The notes beneath the pieces are model-generated. The model had not been told where the DNA came from. It saw only the letters and a program-made list of their open reading frames with translations, and made no database searches. DNA of 63,946 bases, filler included, from Collodictyon triciliatum (taxonomy: Eukaryota): the NCBI GenBank assembly GCA_043381765.1. It is 7 parts of 7 records of this genome, joined end to end, with 100 filler letters (N's around TTAATTAATTAA, not from the genome) between each part and the next. Parts side by side here need not be neighbours in the genome. Positions count along the whole stretch, not along the records: positions 20,186 to 30,155 come from JBHJMP010002839.1; positions 30,256 to 40,219 come from JBHJMP010002840.1; 5 more parts are not named here. One strand, written 5' to 3'. Positions 23,061 through 36,417 of the stretch are shown piece by piece (positions within the stretch are counted from its first letter, which is position 1; every line of letters begins with the position of its first letter). The position numbers and the translations under genes were made by a program.

Positions 23061-23954
23061 CAAGCAAGCAAAAGAATAAAGCGAGTCCAATCACAGACGC
23101 ACTGGTTTACAGCTTCCATCAGACATCTTCATCTCGCAAGAAAAGAAAATACCTGTGCCTTTTGGCCACGTTTTCCCCATCGGCATATTTTATTTTTTTG
23201 TTATAGGTTTTGACAAATCTTCTCGTCACAAAAAGTACGAGAGTGGCGGTAGAAGAAGGATTGCATCGGTTATACCGACGCCAAGTGCGTGACGTCATCG
23301 CAATCACTCCAGACCTCATCAGTCTCACTTTATTCCACATTAGGGATATCAGATGTGGTACGGTATCCATCTGCTGACGTCCACATCTGTCGCCACTTGG
23401 CTGATATGGCTTACAAATGAGGATTCTCTCACTGAATGTTCCACCCGGTGACCCTATTCCACGAAAGCAATCCAATTTGCAACGTTCTCGCCACGCGGTT
23501 TTTGCGTGAAGCAAACGAATGCGATCTCCGTAAAAGCGGCAAAAACAAAAACAGTCGCTTTGTGCTGGAAATCAGATCGTTTGTCGGTTGCCTTTTCTTC
23601 GCTGGCTGTGCTGTCCTTTTTTTCTTTTTCTTTCTTTTTCTTTCTTTTTCTTTCTTTTTCTTTCTTTCATTTTCATTTTTCAATTTCTTTCTGTCCTTTT
23701 TTTCTTTCTCTTCTTTCTTTTTCTTTTCTTTTTCTTTGTTGTACACCTCGTTGTATTTTTTTCACAAATAAAAAAAATTTTTTTGTACCTGATTGTAATA
23801 AAAAAATTTTTTAGCGTGTTTTGATATCAACATGTAATTTATATTATGTATATATCATTATCACGTCTGAACTTTTCATCACTTCTTTCTTTTCACTGTA
23901 TGTCCTCGCGGGCTTTTATTTCTTTATTTATTTATATTTCTACAATGCAGTTAA

Positions 23955-26900
23955 ATGGAAAAACCTGCGCCTATGCAAGCCAGCTCACCCGCCCTGCCTC
24001 CAAACGCTTCGCCCTTCACTCGCTCGATTCGCCGTTCCACTTCATTTAGCTTAAACCCCATCCAGGAACAGTGCGTTTTGCTCTTGTTTTCTTTCTTTCC
24101 TGTTGGTGATTTTTCCTATAAGTACCTCATAAAAGGCTCTTCTTTTTTCTTTTTCGTAAAGTGGCCCGTCCCCAGCACCAAGCGAAGACCCCATTCTGGA
24201 GGCTGCGGTCTCCGAGTAATTTTTTTCTATTTATCCTGTCACTTCGTCAATGGATAACATTTTTCTTTTTCGTCATTTTCACTTTTTCGTCTCTTTCGTC
24301 TTTTCTTCTTTTTCGTCTTTTTCGTATTTCTCATCTTTCTCGTCTATCTCATCTTTTTCCTCTTTTTCCTCTTTCTCATCTTTTTCATCTTTTTCATCTC
24401 CTTCGTCTTTTTCGTCTTTTTCGTCTTTTTCGTCTTTTTCGTCTTTTTCGTCTTTTTCGTCTTTTTCGTCGAATTCGATTTTTAATCTTTTCTTCTGCTA
24501 ATCCTGATGCCCATAAAAACGACCCATTCAGATCTGACCCTACAGAAAGCAGCTCAGTTTCTGTGAGCGGACCCGACACGCGCCCTCCATCTCGTTCGTT
24601 TTATAGTCTGCCTTCATCCACATCGATCTCCAATCTGGCCGATGCGAACATTCCGCCCGGTTCAGCTAATCCCAACAACCGATACCGCCAAGTACGCCGG
24701 TTGTCTGTCCAATTCCAAAGCAATACTGACATTACTAAAGCTGGACACGAGCCGCAAGCGGAGTTGGACTTGATTGAGATGCAAGAGTTTCTGCAAAAGA
24801 TGTTAGAGGAGCAGGATATGTTTGTGGAGTCCAAGAAGAAGTGATATTTTAATCACGTTCGTTATCATCACCCCTCCTTTTCTTGTCTTTTTTTTTAGGG
24901 AGGTATGCTTTTCATGACTAAAAACCATGCCGCTGCCCCTTAGTATTAATGTGTCTGTGGAAAAAGCTCTGCAACTATTGATTGACGACTATGAGACCAA
25001 TATTCATATTATGAGATTGAAGCTCGAGCCAGAACTTAAAAGATTATCTGAAATTGTGATGAATGAGGTTTGAATTGTTTTAGTTTTTCATATTTTTGTG
25101 CATTATTTGAAAGAAGTTATTAAAATCAAATTCATTCATTCATTTAGATTGAGATTTACATGAGAATAAAAGACCAGCACCACAACACCCTGTCAAAAAT
25201 AAGAAATGCGATCTCATTTATTCACAACCAAACATCAATCAAAACAAAAGTCATTATGGGAAAAGGTAAGAAATTTGTCATCTTCGGACTGCGATTTCTG
25301 TTGCGATTTCTTTTTTTTTCTTTACACTTTTTCTTCGTGCACCCGCGTTGCTATTCCATCATCGCAGTGTTCCATACATGCTTTCTTTTTTCTTAATATC
25401 GCCATTTGCCAGATGGAGAGGATGACAGTTCACACGATGAGAAAAGTGACCCTGCCATTCAGGCCATGATAGCAGTATGTAGAAAAATACGTCACTGATT
25501 TATTATCTTTTTTTTTTTTTTATTCCTCCCTAGATTTCTCCCTCTAGTTTTTTTTATGAAATTTTCATCTTAGGATTTGAAAGAAAAGAATCAGAAACTT
25601 CAACTACAACTTGAAATTGTTACTGGCCTTCGTGAGAGAGAGGCTCGAGAAAAGTCAAGAGTGACTGTTTTAAATGCCAAATTATCCACTGAGGTACTTC
25701 ATGAAGACAGATTGTATCTGTAAATTATCATTATTTCCCATAATTATGTGCTGTGTCTCTTACATAGCTTAATCGTATCGTTTATCGCATAACTATTTTA
25801 TTCCGCGATTTACTGGATGACGCATTTATTTTTAAATTGAAGGTCGACAATCTAAAGACAAATTTGGAAGTTGAACTGTCTCACTCAAAGGCATTACGTA
25901 TATTGCTTCATTCACTTATTCAACAGAGCCACTCTAACCGGATACACAGCAGTTTTTCTAACCCTTTTTTATATCATTTCTACTGCGCCACTTTTCCAGA
26001 GACACAACTTGATGAGATGACAGAAACTTGCAAGGCTTTGAAAAAACGCATTAAAATGGTTTATTTTTAAGTGGAAAGCTCATCTGAAATTAACTTTTTG
26101 TATCCAAAAAAAAATTCAAATGGATTCTTTTAATTTTAAGGATTTGATATGTATGCTGTTTTTTGAAAATAAAAATATAATATGCTATTAAAATAGGAAA
26201 TCAAATCGCGGGCGCGCGAGACGTTCTCTTTAAGCGACGTCGAAACAATCCCACGGTCAACAAGTCACCATGATTTCGGCTCATCTCAGCTCCCTTCAGT
26301 TTCTCCACTGATTGAAGCCCTTGCAAGGTCAACCACCATACCTGAGGTACTTTCCATCTAGCAATCGTATACATCTGCCAAAAGGTCACTAGATATATGA
26401 AATTTGATTTCTCTGTCGTTAAATATCCTTCGAAACTCATGTTTGTAGAAGCTTGTCCAAGTACACGCAAAGAATAAGTCCATGGGAGAGGGATACTCCC
26501 CACTGTTGCAACAAACTCCAAAAATGACCGTAATTTTCTGTTCTACTATCAAAGTCCATTTTTTTCCTATTGAATTCTACCTTTGAATATTTTTTTACGG
26601 TTTTTTTTTTATTCTTCCTTTCAACTTTTGTGCATTTACGGTTTTTATGATAGAATCCATTCGAATGTTCATATATGTATGTTTTGGTTGGTAATCTAGT
26701 GGCCGATCAAGCTTTACTGATTAATTTTTTCTCTGGTAGAAATTCAGCCTTCCAGTGAAATCCATCACACCGTCCATGAAAAGCAAAAAGGAACCAGATT
26801 CTTTTGCATTGGGCACTATAAAAAGCTCCGGAACCATGACGTCGATATCAGAGGCTGCGCCGTATGTAGATTTCCTAGTAACTTACAGCTACCACTGGTT

Positions 26901-29900
26901 TATCTTTTTTTTTATCTTTTTTTATCTTTTTTTATNNNNNNNNNNNNNNNNNNNNNNNNNNNNNNNNNNNNNNNNNNNNNNNNNNNNNNNNNNNNNNNNN
27001 NNNNNNNNNNNNNNNNNNNNNNNNNNNNNNNNNNNNNNNNNNNNNNNNNNNNNNNNNNNNNNNNNNNNNNNNNNNNNNNNNNNNNNNNNNNNNNNNNNNN
27101 NNNNNNNNNNNNNNNNNNNNNNNNNNNNNNNNNNNNNNNNNNNNNNNNNNNNNNNNNNNNNNNNNNNNNNNNNNNNNNNNNNNNNNNNNNNNNNNNNNNN
27201 NNNNNNNNNNNNNNNNNNNNNNNNNNNNNNNNNNNNNNNNNNNNNNNNNNNNNNNNNNNNNNNNNNNNNNNNNNNNNNNNNNNNNNNNNNNNNNNNNNNN
27301 NNNNNNNNNNNNNNNNNNNNNNNNNNNNNNNNNNNNNNNNNNNNNNNNNNNNNNNNNNNNNNNNNNNNNNNNNNNNNNNNNNNNNNNNNNNNNNNNNNNN
27401 NNNNNNNNNNNNNNNNNNNNNNNNNNNNNNNNNNNNNNNNNNNNNNNNNNNNNNNNNNNNNNNNNNNNNNNNNNNNNNNNNNNNNNNNNNNNNNNNNNCG
27501 ATGTGGCTACACAACCTGCATGTTTTCAAGAGACCGACATCGTACGCAGTACTAAATGCTCCTGGGCAATGGCTGCGTGAGAAACCCAATACAAAAACGA
27601 AAGCAAAGTTTTCATAACTATATATTCTCATGTGTTCTCTTTTTCTCTCTCTCTAAATAATGTAGTCCAACTTACACACGGGCAGTCAGATATGTATGAG
27701 AATCTTCGGGAACTGAGTCAGAAGATGACCTCTGCGAACGAATACTTAGTCCAGGTTTCCGTTCCATATCACGGTTGTGTCATATCAATAGGATTGTGTG
27801 AGACAACTAACTATGTCCTTCTGATGGCTGCATGTTGTAGTTATGCTCGTTTATCATGGGTGTTGAACAAAAATTATTTTCACTTTAGCAAAAGTATTTG
27901 TCATGGATACATCTTGCGGATAATGTATTCCATTCATACCTAAGAATATCGCAGACTGTCAAGAGAGAAGTACATATCATAGACAATAGCATAGAGATGC
28001 ACCAGTCATATTAATTTCAAAAGCTGTGCTTGATTTCTAGATAGTCGCAACCTTAATCATTTCCTGTATCCGAATAATGCACAGCTGACCGACCCGAGTT
28101 CACAGGTCATTTGGGTGTTTTATGACATGGCCAACCTCTATCTCGAGATGGGTATGGCGCAACAATATCGCTGAATTTGCATCTGAGATTCACATACATA
28201 AACAATGACTCTCTAATATTTGGAAAAACATGATATAATAATGTCCTTTGTTAAGATTTTGAAATTAACTCGACGTGATTTTCTTTTTTAAAATAAAAAA
28301 AATTATTCAGGAAATCACGAAAGCCCGTCAATAATTTTGAAGAAGGCTGAAATCATTCTGACCCATTATTTTGGTGGTGATGCTGATGAGCTTAAATACC
28401 TCATATCAAACGCTCTGGCTTATGAATATTACACGTTAGCTTCCCTTTTAAAAAAAAAATGAAACAAAAAGGAAAAAAAAAGAAAGTTTAAATGGAAACA
28501 TAATTTGTAACTAAGGTAATTTATTCTCCTTCTATCTGGTTTTAGAATTCCCTTTATATAGAGTAATTATTCATTATAAACTGGTGCAGGAAAGAGAAAT
28601 TAACCAACTGTCTCACCCAACTCCAAAAATCATACAGAATGATAACAGATAAGGTTCCTTTTGTTGGGACATAGATTTATATTGAAACTTCTCTGATTTA
28701 TATTATTTTTCTTAATCGAAGTTTTCTTTTCATTTTTTTTTAAAAAAAAAAAAAGGTACTCAAAAAGTATTTATTACCAAATCTCTAAACAAACCCATAT
28801 CCCAAATACTTGAAGAATACGTCGAAGTTATTTGAGACACATATGAGGATGTCTTGCGTCCTGACACATATGCGAAAGTAATTCTTTCATATTTTTAATA
28901 GTCTGACTATATTTGTCTAAAAGAAATGACTCTAATAAACTCTTGGTTGTTTTCTTTTTTGTTTTTGTTTTTGTTTTTGTTTTTGTTTTTGTTTTTGTTT
29001 TTGTTTTTGTTTTTGTTTTTACAATTATCAAAATTTATTATGTGTTTGTTTAAATAATAGTCGTATATTTATCCAGTCACACCGAAGCACTTCATCATCT
29101 GATGATAGCACGGCAGTATGTGGAAGTATTGAAGCCTGAAAATACAAGGGGCAGTGGGTCATCACTTCATTTTCTGTTTCAGTAACAATTAAATAGAAGA
29201 ATATATTTATTGATTTATTTTCAAATTTCGCAGAAGTCACATTCGAGGAAGCGAAGCAAAGAGTGAATTCCATCGGGCGGCTTGAAGAGCCTATGACCAA
29301 ACCTGAGTGCTTCGCCCTTCTGCATTACAATCTATCTGTTGGTCATGTATGTCTACACAAGGCACATTTGATCCTTTGTCGCTATTTTTTGGATTCTATT
29401 GTGACACTTATTCATTTAGTTCCACAGCAAAGACCATTCTGCATGTCAAAAGTCGCTTGAGTTGCTTCATAAGTCTATTGTAAGCCATCCAAGAGAGAGA
29501 GAAAGAAAAAAGGACGGAAATATAAATGTTCTCTCTGTTGCTTCCTTTTCTTTGCTGTGGCTATAACTGTGTTTTTTCAATAATGTAGCCATTTTGTTTT
29601 ATATGTTTTTGTTATGTTTATTATGTACATTTGTTGCCACACTTAATCCTATGATTCAAATCTATCTTCCAAAGCCGCGCGAAGCAGAATCAACGACTCC
29701 GTTTTTCGCTAAAATCACACAACACGCGGAGGCTTTGGATATTCTCGTCAAGGTAATGGAATGACTTGCTTCTTTCTTCGATGATAAATAAAGTATTATT
29801 TCTTTCCCTTTTTTTAAAAAAAAAAAGTAGGGATAGAGAAGTAGATAAAAACGATTGAATGTAGAAGTAGCACTAGTTTGATGTATGGGAAAGTAACCAT

Positions 29901-30017
29901 CAGAATAGAGGATAAAATGACTTTTCTTTTCAGCAATTTGCCTCCTCAGAAAGTTCGAACGCTTCGTCGGATGATGGAGAAAGCCTCGCTCATAATCACA
30001 TACGAGCAACTGATGTA
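23955..30017 (+). CDS. Uncharacterised multi-exon protein: S/P-rich N-terminus, coiled coil and TPR-like helical C-terminus (spans an internal N gap; could be two genes)
   Basis: Chain of phase-compatible GT-AG exons from ATG 23955 (e.g. DLKEKNQKLQLQLEIV, VFYDMANLYLEMG, HTEALHHLMIARQ, FALLHYNLSV). The last exons and stop are uncertain. Confidence 0.55.
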
Positions 30018-30802
30018 AACACCGCATTACATTTCCTTTCTTTTTTTTCTCTCTTTTTTATCTCTCTTTTTTTATCTCTCTTTTTTTATCTCTCTTTTTT
30101 TATCTCTCTTTTTTTATCTCTCTTTTTTTATCTCTCTTTTTTTATCTCTCTTTTTNNNNNNNNNNNNNNNNNNNNNNNNNNNNNNNNNNNNNNNNNNNNT
30201 TAATTAATTAANNNNNNNNNNNNNNNNNNNNNNNNNNNNNNNNNNNNNNNNNNNNCACACACACACACACACACACACAAACAAACAATTACACCACACA
30301 TCACACACAATTTTTGTATCTGGTCGCTGTCACATGATTCAGGACTGAGGTGGCAAATCATCCAAGATTGGCCAAGTAACAACCATTTTCAGTAAAGCCA
30401 ACGGAAAATAAGATATTTCTCTCTTTGATTAGTTGTTGCCTTCGCTCTCAATATACTGTTGAATAGAAACCAGAAACAAAAATAAGAATAAAAATAAAAT
30501 AATAGCAATAATAATAGTACTGATAATAGCAACAACAAAATGGATTGTTGGATTGAATGCACCCTTGTTGCTATTCGAATGGTTGTCAATTTACACACCT
30601 GGCCCGCGCTCCCTGGCTAAATTCAATCAATGATTTAAGTATCACAACCAGCAAAACCAATAATAGAATGAGACATGAGATCAAAATTTTCATAATTCCA
30701 ACGCTAAAGAATAGAAGAGAAAAGAGTTGAAAATAGAGAGGTAATGCTAGTCCTTGTGTTATATTTCGAAAAAAACCAATGTTTGGCTGGGGTCGCAAAC
30801 GT

Positions 30803-31219
30803 TTATGGCCCTAACTTCTCTGCTTGCTGGGATGGAGTTCGTTGGGGTTTTCCACCATGCTTCCCGTGGCCAGGCTTCGAAAACCCTTGGTAGTAGATGG
30901 CACCAAAAACCATGGATGTTCCTACCCATTGCCAGAAAGAAAGCGGGTGCACAAAGATGATGCATGAAAAGAGGATACTCAAAAATTGCCGAGTGGTCAT
31001 GACTGTGGCATATATCAATGCACCAAACTCTTTAATCGTGTAAGTAATACAAAATTGCCCAATCACAGCAGAAAAAGAAAGGGTTGCTATATCATGCATG
31101 ATTTCAGGATGGCGAAGGAGAAAGCCTAGCGCGTCCCAGAGCTGACCAGACACCATAATTCCTTCGTGGATTGATGTCGATTCAATATCATATGTCGGTA
31201 TGTTAAGAATTAATGACAA

Positions 31220-31294
<75 letters not shown>

Positions 31295-33021
31295 AAAATA
31301 ACTGAGACGGAGAAAAAGGCATCAGCCCGGAGGAATATTCTTACCAAGGAGACTGATGATACCAGAGCAAAGATTAACATACATCATTTGATTGTATGTT
31401 GACATCGAATAGCTGCTGAACAGCTTGGACTGAAATGTGCTTGTGAAGCCATCGAATCCAAGGTACCTTTGTGAGGTAATATATATTAAGTAGTGTCTGT
31501 CATGACCCGACTTCTGCATGGTGTGATCATTTCAAAAAGAAAAAAAGGCAAGCAAAAGAAGAAAGAGCTAACATTTATTTGAAATTTTACCCTCCCATCA
31601 GCATGATTCCAAAGAGTGTTGTTGCATTATCTCCTTCTGCGGAACCTTCCGTGAGATTCTGTTGCAAAAGATAAGAAGAGTAATTTAAACTTGGAAATAA
31701 CCACTTTTAGTACATTTGGTGGTTTGTATAATATACAAGTGTTAGTGATAGAGCCATAGTAATGACATATGCTCGGCGTCTCACAAATTGATTTTTTCCC
31801 TCTATATATCAACAAGACAATATGAAAAAAATAAATAAAAGGGTATAGGAGGGCACTTTCAATGCGAGAGAGAAAAATATAGATTAGTTTGTGGAATAAT
31901 TTGGTGAAGAGGCAGGCGTACCCCAGTAAGTAGGAAAAGAGTGCTGCCTAGGGTGACACAACCAGCAACAGCATAATCATCCATCGAATATGATTTGTTG
32001 TCAATAAAGCGACCCCAAATCATGACGGGGATCATCTTTGCACACTTACCGAGTGTCTGAGTTGGAAAGTTGACATACTTGAGAGCCTCGTATTGGCACG
32101 TTGTGGCGGTTACGTTAGAGAGGGAGACCATGAAATACTTGTAGAGCGGGGCCGAATTAACCAGTGACTCGCGCATGTACAAAAGTACTATGGCTGCTGC
32201 CAGACAAGCAGCCAGGCGGTTGTTTAGAACAAGAAAGACCGAATAGCGAAAACGCTCCGGATTATCGATACCATATGGTTTCGTCATGATTTTCTCTTGC
32301 AGGTAGCCATATAACATAAGCGAGCCTACACCACATTGTTATGCATAGTTTTTTCAAGCTCTATGCTCCCGAGTAAACTTTATGAAGAAAAATATGAAGA
32401 CAACATGATGAAATAATACTAATAATACTAATAATACTAATAATACTAATAATACTAATAATACTAATAATACTAATAATACTAATAATACTAATAATAC
32501 TAATAATATTAATAATACTAATATTAATAATACTAATACTAATAATACTAATAATAATAAAATCATATCCAGAAAAATTAACGTAAATTCTCTATCTGAG
32601 AATAATGATCGGGTATTGTGGGATCACTTTTTTTTCTTATCACCCAAGGAAAGAAGAGTAGGCTGAAGACAAGAGATATCACATCACAACGGGACAGAGA
32701 AGGCGACCCCGACTTAATAATAATAACATCGATAATGATAATGATAATAATGGCAATGATAATACTGATAATACTTCTATTAGAATCATTAAAAATAGTG
32801 ACGACTAAAAGCTAAAGGACACCAGGAAACCAAACTGTACCAATAATGCCAGCGATGCAAAGGATCAGCCGAACCATGCGCCGATCGAGGGACAAGCCGG
32901 GAGCCACGGTGGGGAGGGAAACCTTTGGGCTTTGATTGTGGGTCTCTGCAGAGTCACTGGCGTATGGGGAGGAGGTCCCGCCTTTCTTTTCTGGCGCGAT
33001 GGATATGCGATGGCTCGCCAT
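30803..33021 (-). CDS. UAA-family nucleotide-sugar/PAPS transporter (SLC35B2 / plant UTr2-like), 5 exons
   Basis: YGYLQEKIMTKPY, FLVLNNR, CQYEALKYVNFPTQTLGKCAKMIPVMIWG, YLGFDGFTSTFQSKLF, GQFCITYTIKEFGAL...MTTRQFLSI. Confidence 0.92.
31218..31294. repeat. (AAAT)n intronic microsatellite
   Basis: Direct reading. Confidence 0.95.
32412..32560. repeat. (AATAATACT)n intronic tandem repeat
   Basis: Direct reading. Confidence 0.9.
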
Positions 33022-33150
33022 TGTTTGGCCAGACGAGAGCAGGATCTGCGGGACTCGGGCCTTTATTGTATGCGAGACAATAAGCTGCGGTTGGCTTGGG
33101 AGTCTCAATCATTTCTTTTCTTTGAAAGATGGGTATGTGTGCGCACAAAG

Positions 33151-33254
33151 GAAAAGAAAAGAAAAGAAAAGAAAAGAAAAGAAAAGAAAAGAAAAGAAAA
33201 GAAAAGAAAAGAAAAGAAAAGAAAAGAAAAGAAAAGAAAAGAAAAGAAAAGAAA
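33151..33254. repeat. (GAAAA)n microsatellite
   Basis: Direct reading; upstream of the transporter gene. Confidence 0.95.
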
Positions 33255-33790
33255 GACAGGGAGGAAGTGCCCAAGAAGAGACATGGGGTGGATGCGAAGG
33301 GACAGCGAGGTGATTGTCCGAGCGCCGGCGCCTTTGCTTCGTTGTGTTGGTTGGTCGGGCGACTCGACACAATTTTCTCCCCATAGTTTAACACACAAGT
33401 CTTTCTTCGTAAACTATATTTCTATGAATAGTATGTTTAATCTACTTGTTTCGGAAGAGGGTGCAACAGCCTTGTACTTCCTTGTTGCTGTTGTTTGACC
33501 GTACTCCATATTCTCTCTCGCGCGAACGCGGTATGTGAACATGAGAACTGTCCTACCCGATTGAAGCATATTATATAAATGAAAAACGGGATTGCAGATA
33601 AAATTGTTTTCTATATGTATAAAATAAGGCTCAAGAGGCATACTCTTGGGGCATGCAAGACACAGAAGGGGCTCTGTCAGATATCTAGCCACCTTGGGAG
33701 TTCGGCCACCAGATTAATCCGTATCGCGCATGCAAATCACAGATATGTCACAGTTGTTAAATGAAAATTTTGTTTCGTTCAGCCTTTATC

Positions 33791-36247
33791 ATGAGGTGGG
33801 AATATCTCTCATTACTTTTGTTTCTTGGATTTTCGGCAACACGGGGCGGGGAAAATGGCGAATGCAGCCTTGCAGACCCTTGTCCAAATGGGTGAGTGAA
33901 TGTAAACGCTTGAATTGCATCTCTCTTATTTCATGTACTGACCATATTATTCTGTTCAATTTTTTTATTCCAATTAATTTCCGTTTATTACAGTCATACT
34001 TTCGTATCAAGCATACAAGTATATCGATGTATTTTTTTTTTGGTACCCGCAAATATACTCAGATGATGCTATACCAATGCGCCGGACTTTATCCAGTTTT
34101 ATTTCAGATGAAATGATCATTGAAAATGAGTGTAACAAATATGATATTTTTATTTCGTCAAAGCCAGTAAGAAAAAATTAAAAAAGCAACATAGTCGACC
34201 AAAATGGATTTTTCTGACACATATGTAGATTATGTTGCAGTAAATGGGGTTATTGTGGGAGTGGTATCCCGTATTGTGGGTTCAAGGTTTTCTCATCTCC
34301 TTCACCAAGCCCAACCAAAGAGTTGCAAACTCTTGTACAAAGTCGAGCCCAACAACAATCCGCTTCAAATACGGTCAATAATCCGGTTCTTACAAAGTAT
34401 ATTTCCATGAATCAGAATACGAAATAATCTCACAGAAACTGTACCCACTAATGTTGATTCACTCAGAACTATGGAAAGACTCAGATCAAATTCACCTCAA
34501 CGCCAGGAATCAACATCAAGAACACCACATAAAGCTCCAGGGACGTGTGGAAATGGATTATGCGACGGAAAGGTATGGTTTTCATGGTAATGCTGCTTTC
34601 GAAAGTAATGGTACGAAAAGCAGCAACCCTTCGAGGCTTGCCATGCAAAGCTATGGCTGTCTTTGGTTTGAAAATTCTCAAGAAGTTTTCGTGAACAACA
34701 GGAAACATGCTCAAATTGCATAACTGATTGTGGGCGCTGCTCTCCCTACTCTATGATGTCCACTTGTTTGAAGCCCGGTGTTTTTCACTTTACATTTGAC
34801 GATGGCCCATCGGTCTACACAAATCAGCTTCTTGACATCTTGAAAAAGGAGGGGATAAAGGTGATTAATTCCTTGGTCCGCTTTGCTCTAACAAACAAAC
34901 AAACAAACAAACAAACAAACAAACAAACAAACAAACAAACAAACAAACAAACAAACAAACAAACAAACAAACAAACAAACAAAACAAAACAACGTACGAA
35001 AGCCCTCAAAATTATGCAGATTTTCTTTAATATGGTTATTGTAGGCAACGTTTTTTGTTTTGGGCTTATATCTCGAGTCTCGCTACGACCCAAATGGTCT
35101 GGATAATAAATTTTTAAATTGCATTCTATTTTACATGATAAAGGAAATATGCGATTGAAATCACAAATATCCCCTTTTCTTCCATCAACAGGCGACTTTG
35201 CTGCAGTTCTAAATCGTATAAAGAAGGAAGGGCATTATCTTGGAAACCACTCATATGGGCACCCATGGATGTCCACATTAGACGAGCAATCTATCAAGTA
35301 ATTCTCATTTGATAAATCAAACCAAGAAAATAGATCCCTTCTATATCTGTACTCTTGATAACAGCGGTAAATTTAAAATAGATTTGCGGATTAGTAATTA
35401 TTCCCTAGGTGCAATCTGATTTAAAAATTTGCATAGAAATCAAATTTTGGACAATGAAATAGCATTGAAGAGCATCGGCTTAAAGTTTACAAAGCCCCGA
35501 GTTTTCAGACTTCCTTATTTCGATTATGACGAAAGGGTACTCAACATCGTCAATCAGATGGGATACACGTATGGACCGTAATTAAGATTTGTTAAATTCA
35601 TGTGTAAACTTTACTATGGCTGATTTATTTATTTGTTCCCCCCCCCCCTCTGGTATGCAACATACTGCTGATTAGACACTAATTATTTTAGGGCGTTATT
35701 TGTAAATGTGGATACGAAGGATTACCTTCATCAAGCTGACCCGAACACTATATCGACCAATGTGCAATACAGCCTTCCTGTGTAAGTCACATTAAACTAT
35801 CATGTAGTGGTTCAAGGTTATACTTGAGTTGATGTCTATTAGAATTCAATCGGTGAGTATCGTTTGTTTGGTTTTCAATTTTTATTGGTAAGAGAATGGG
35901 AATACCATGATACCTGAATTAACAGAGAAGTAAATTAAAGTGGACAAAAGCTCTAAGTTTAAAGTTTGGCACGATTGATTTTTTTTCTTTTGCGATTAGT
36001 TGATGCTCACAAAATATCTGACAGAGTCTTAATTAATCACCTACCCTTCCAAAAAATAAACATAAAAAGCTCGGATGGAAGGACCTCTGCCATTAGTCTG
36101 CAGCATGACTCGCTTTCGTGGTCAGTACAAAAAGTATCTGAAATCGCTCAAATAGTTCGAGGAAAAGGCTACAAAATTGTAGATTTTGATGAATGTATGA
36201 TGATCACACGGAAAAACTCTACTTCCACGAACAACGCAATCCCATAG
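33791..36247 (+). CDS. Secreted CBM18 (hevein) + Cys-rich module + CE4 polysaccharide (chitin) deacetylase, 9 exons
   Basis: Signal-like MRWEYLSLLLFLGFSATRG; ECSLADPCPNG|LCCSKWGYCGSGIPYCG; CGNGLCDGK|ETCSNCITDCGRC; NodB motifs TFDDGP, NHSYGHP, FRLPY, DTKDY, LQHD. Confidence 0.9.
34890..34983. repeat. (AAAC)n intronic microsatellite
   Basis: Direct reading. Confidence 0.95.
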
Positions 36248-36417
36248 GATATTTTACCATACAGGCATGCAATACATACGATCGGAATTCCTATAATCTC
36301 AAAACATAAATGAAAGAGGACAAGTTCTCGCGAAATCGACTTTTGATTTGCCTTCATTTATTGTATTTCAAAATGATGGATTTGCAGAGAATCAAGCTTC
36401 ACGGCTTTTTTTTTTTT

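Noticed and set aside
24899-24902. 4-nt micro-exon AG|GGAG|GT
   Set aside because: The frame is satisfied without it by the acceptor at 24943 (KKN-INVSVEKAL).
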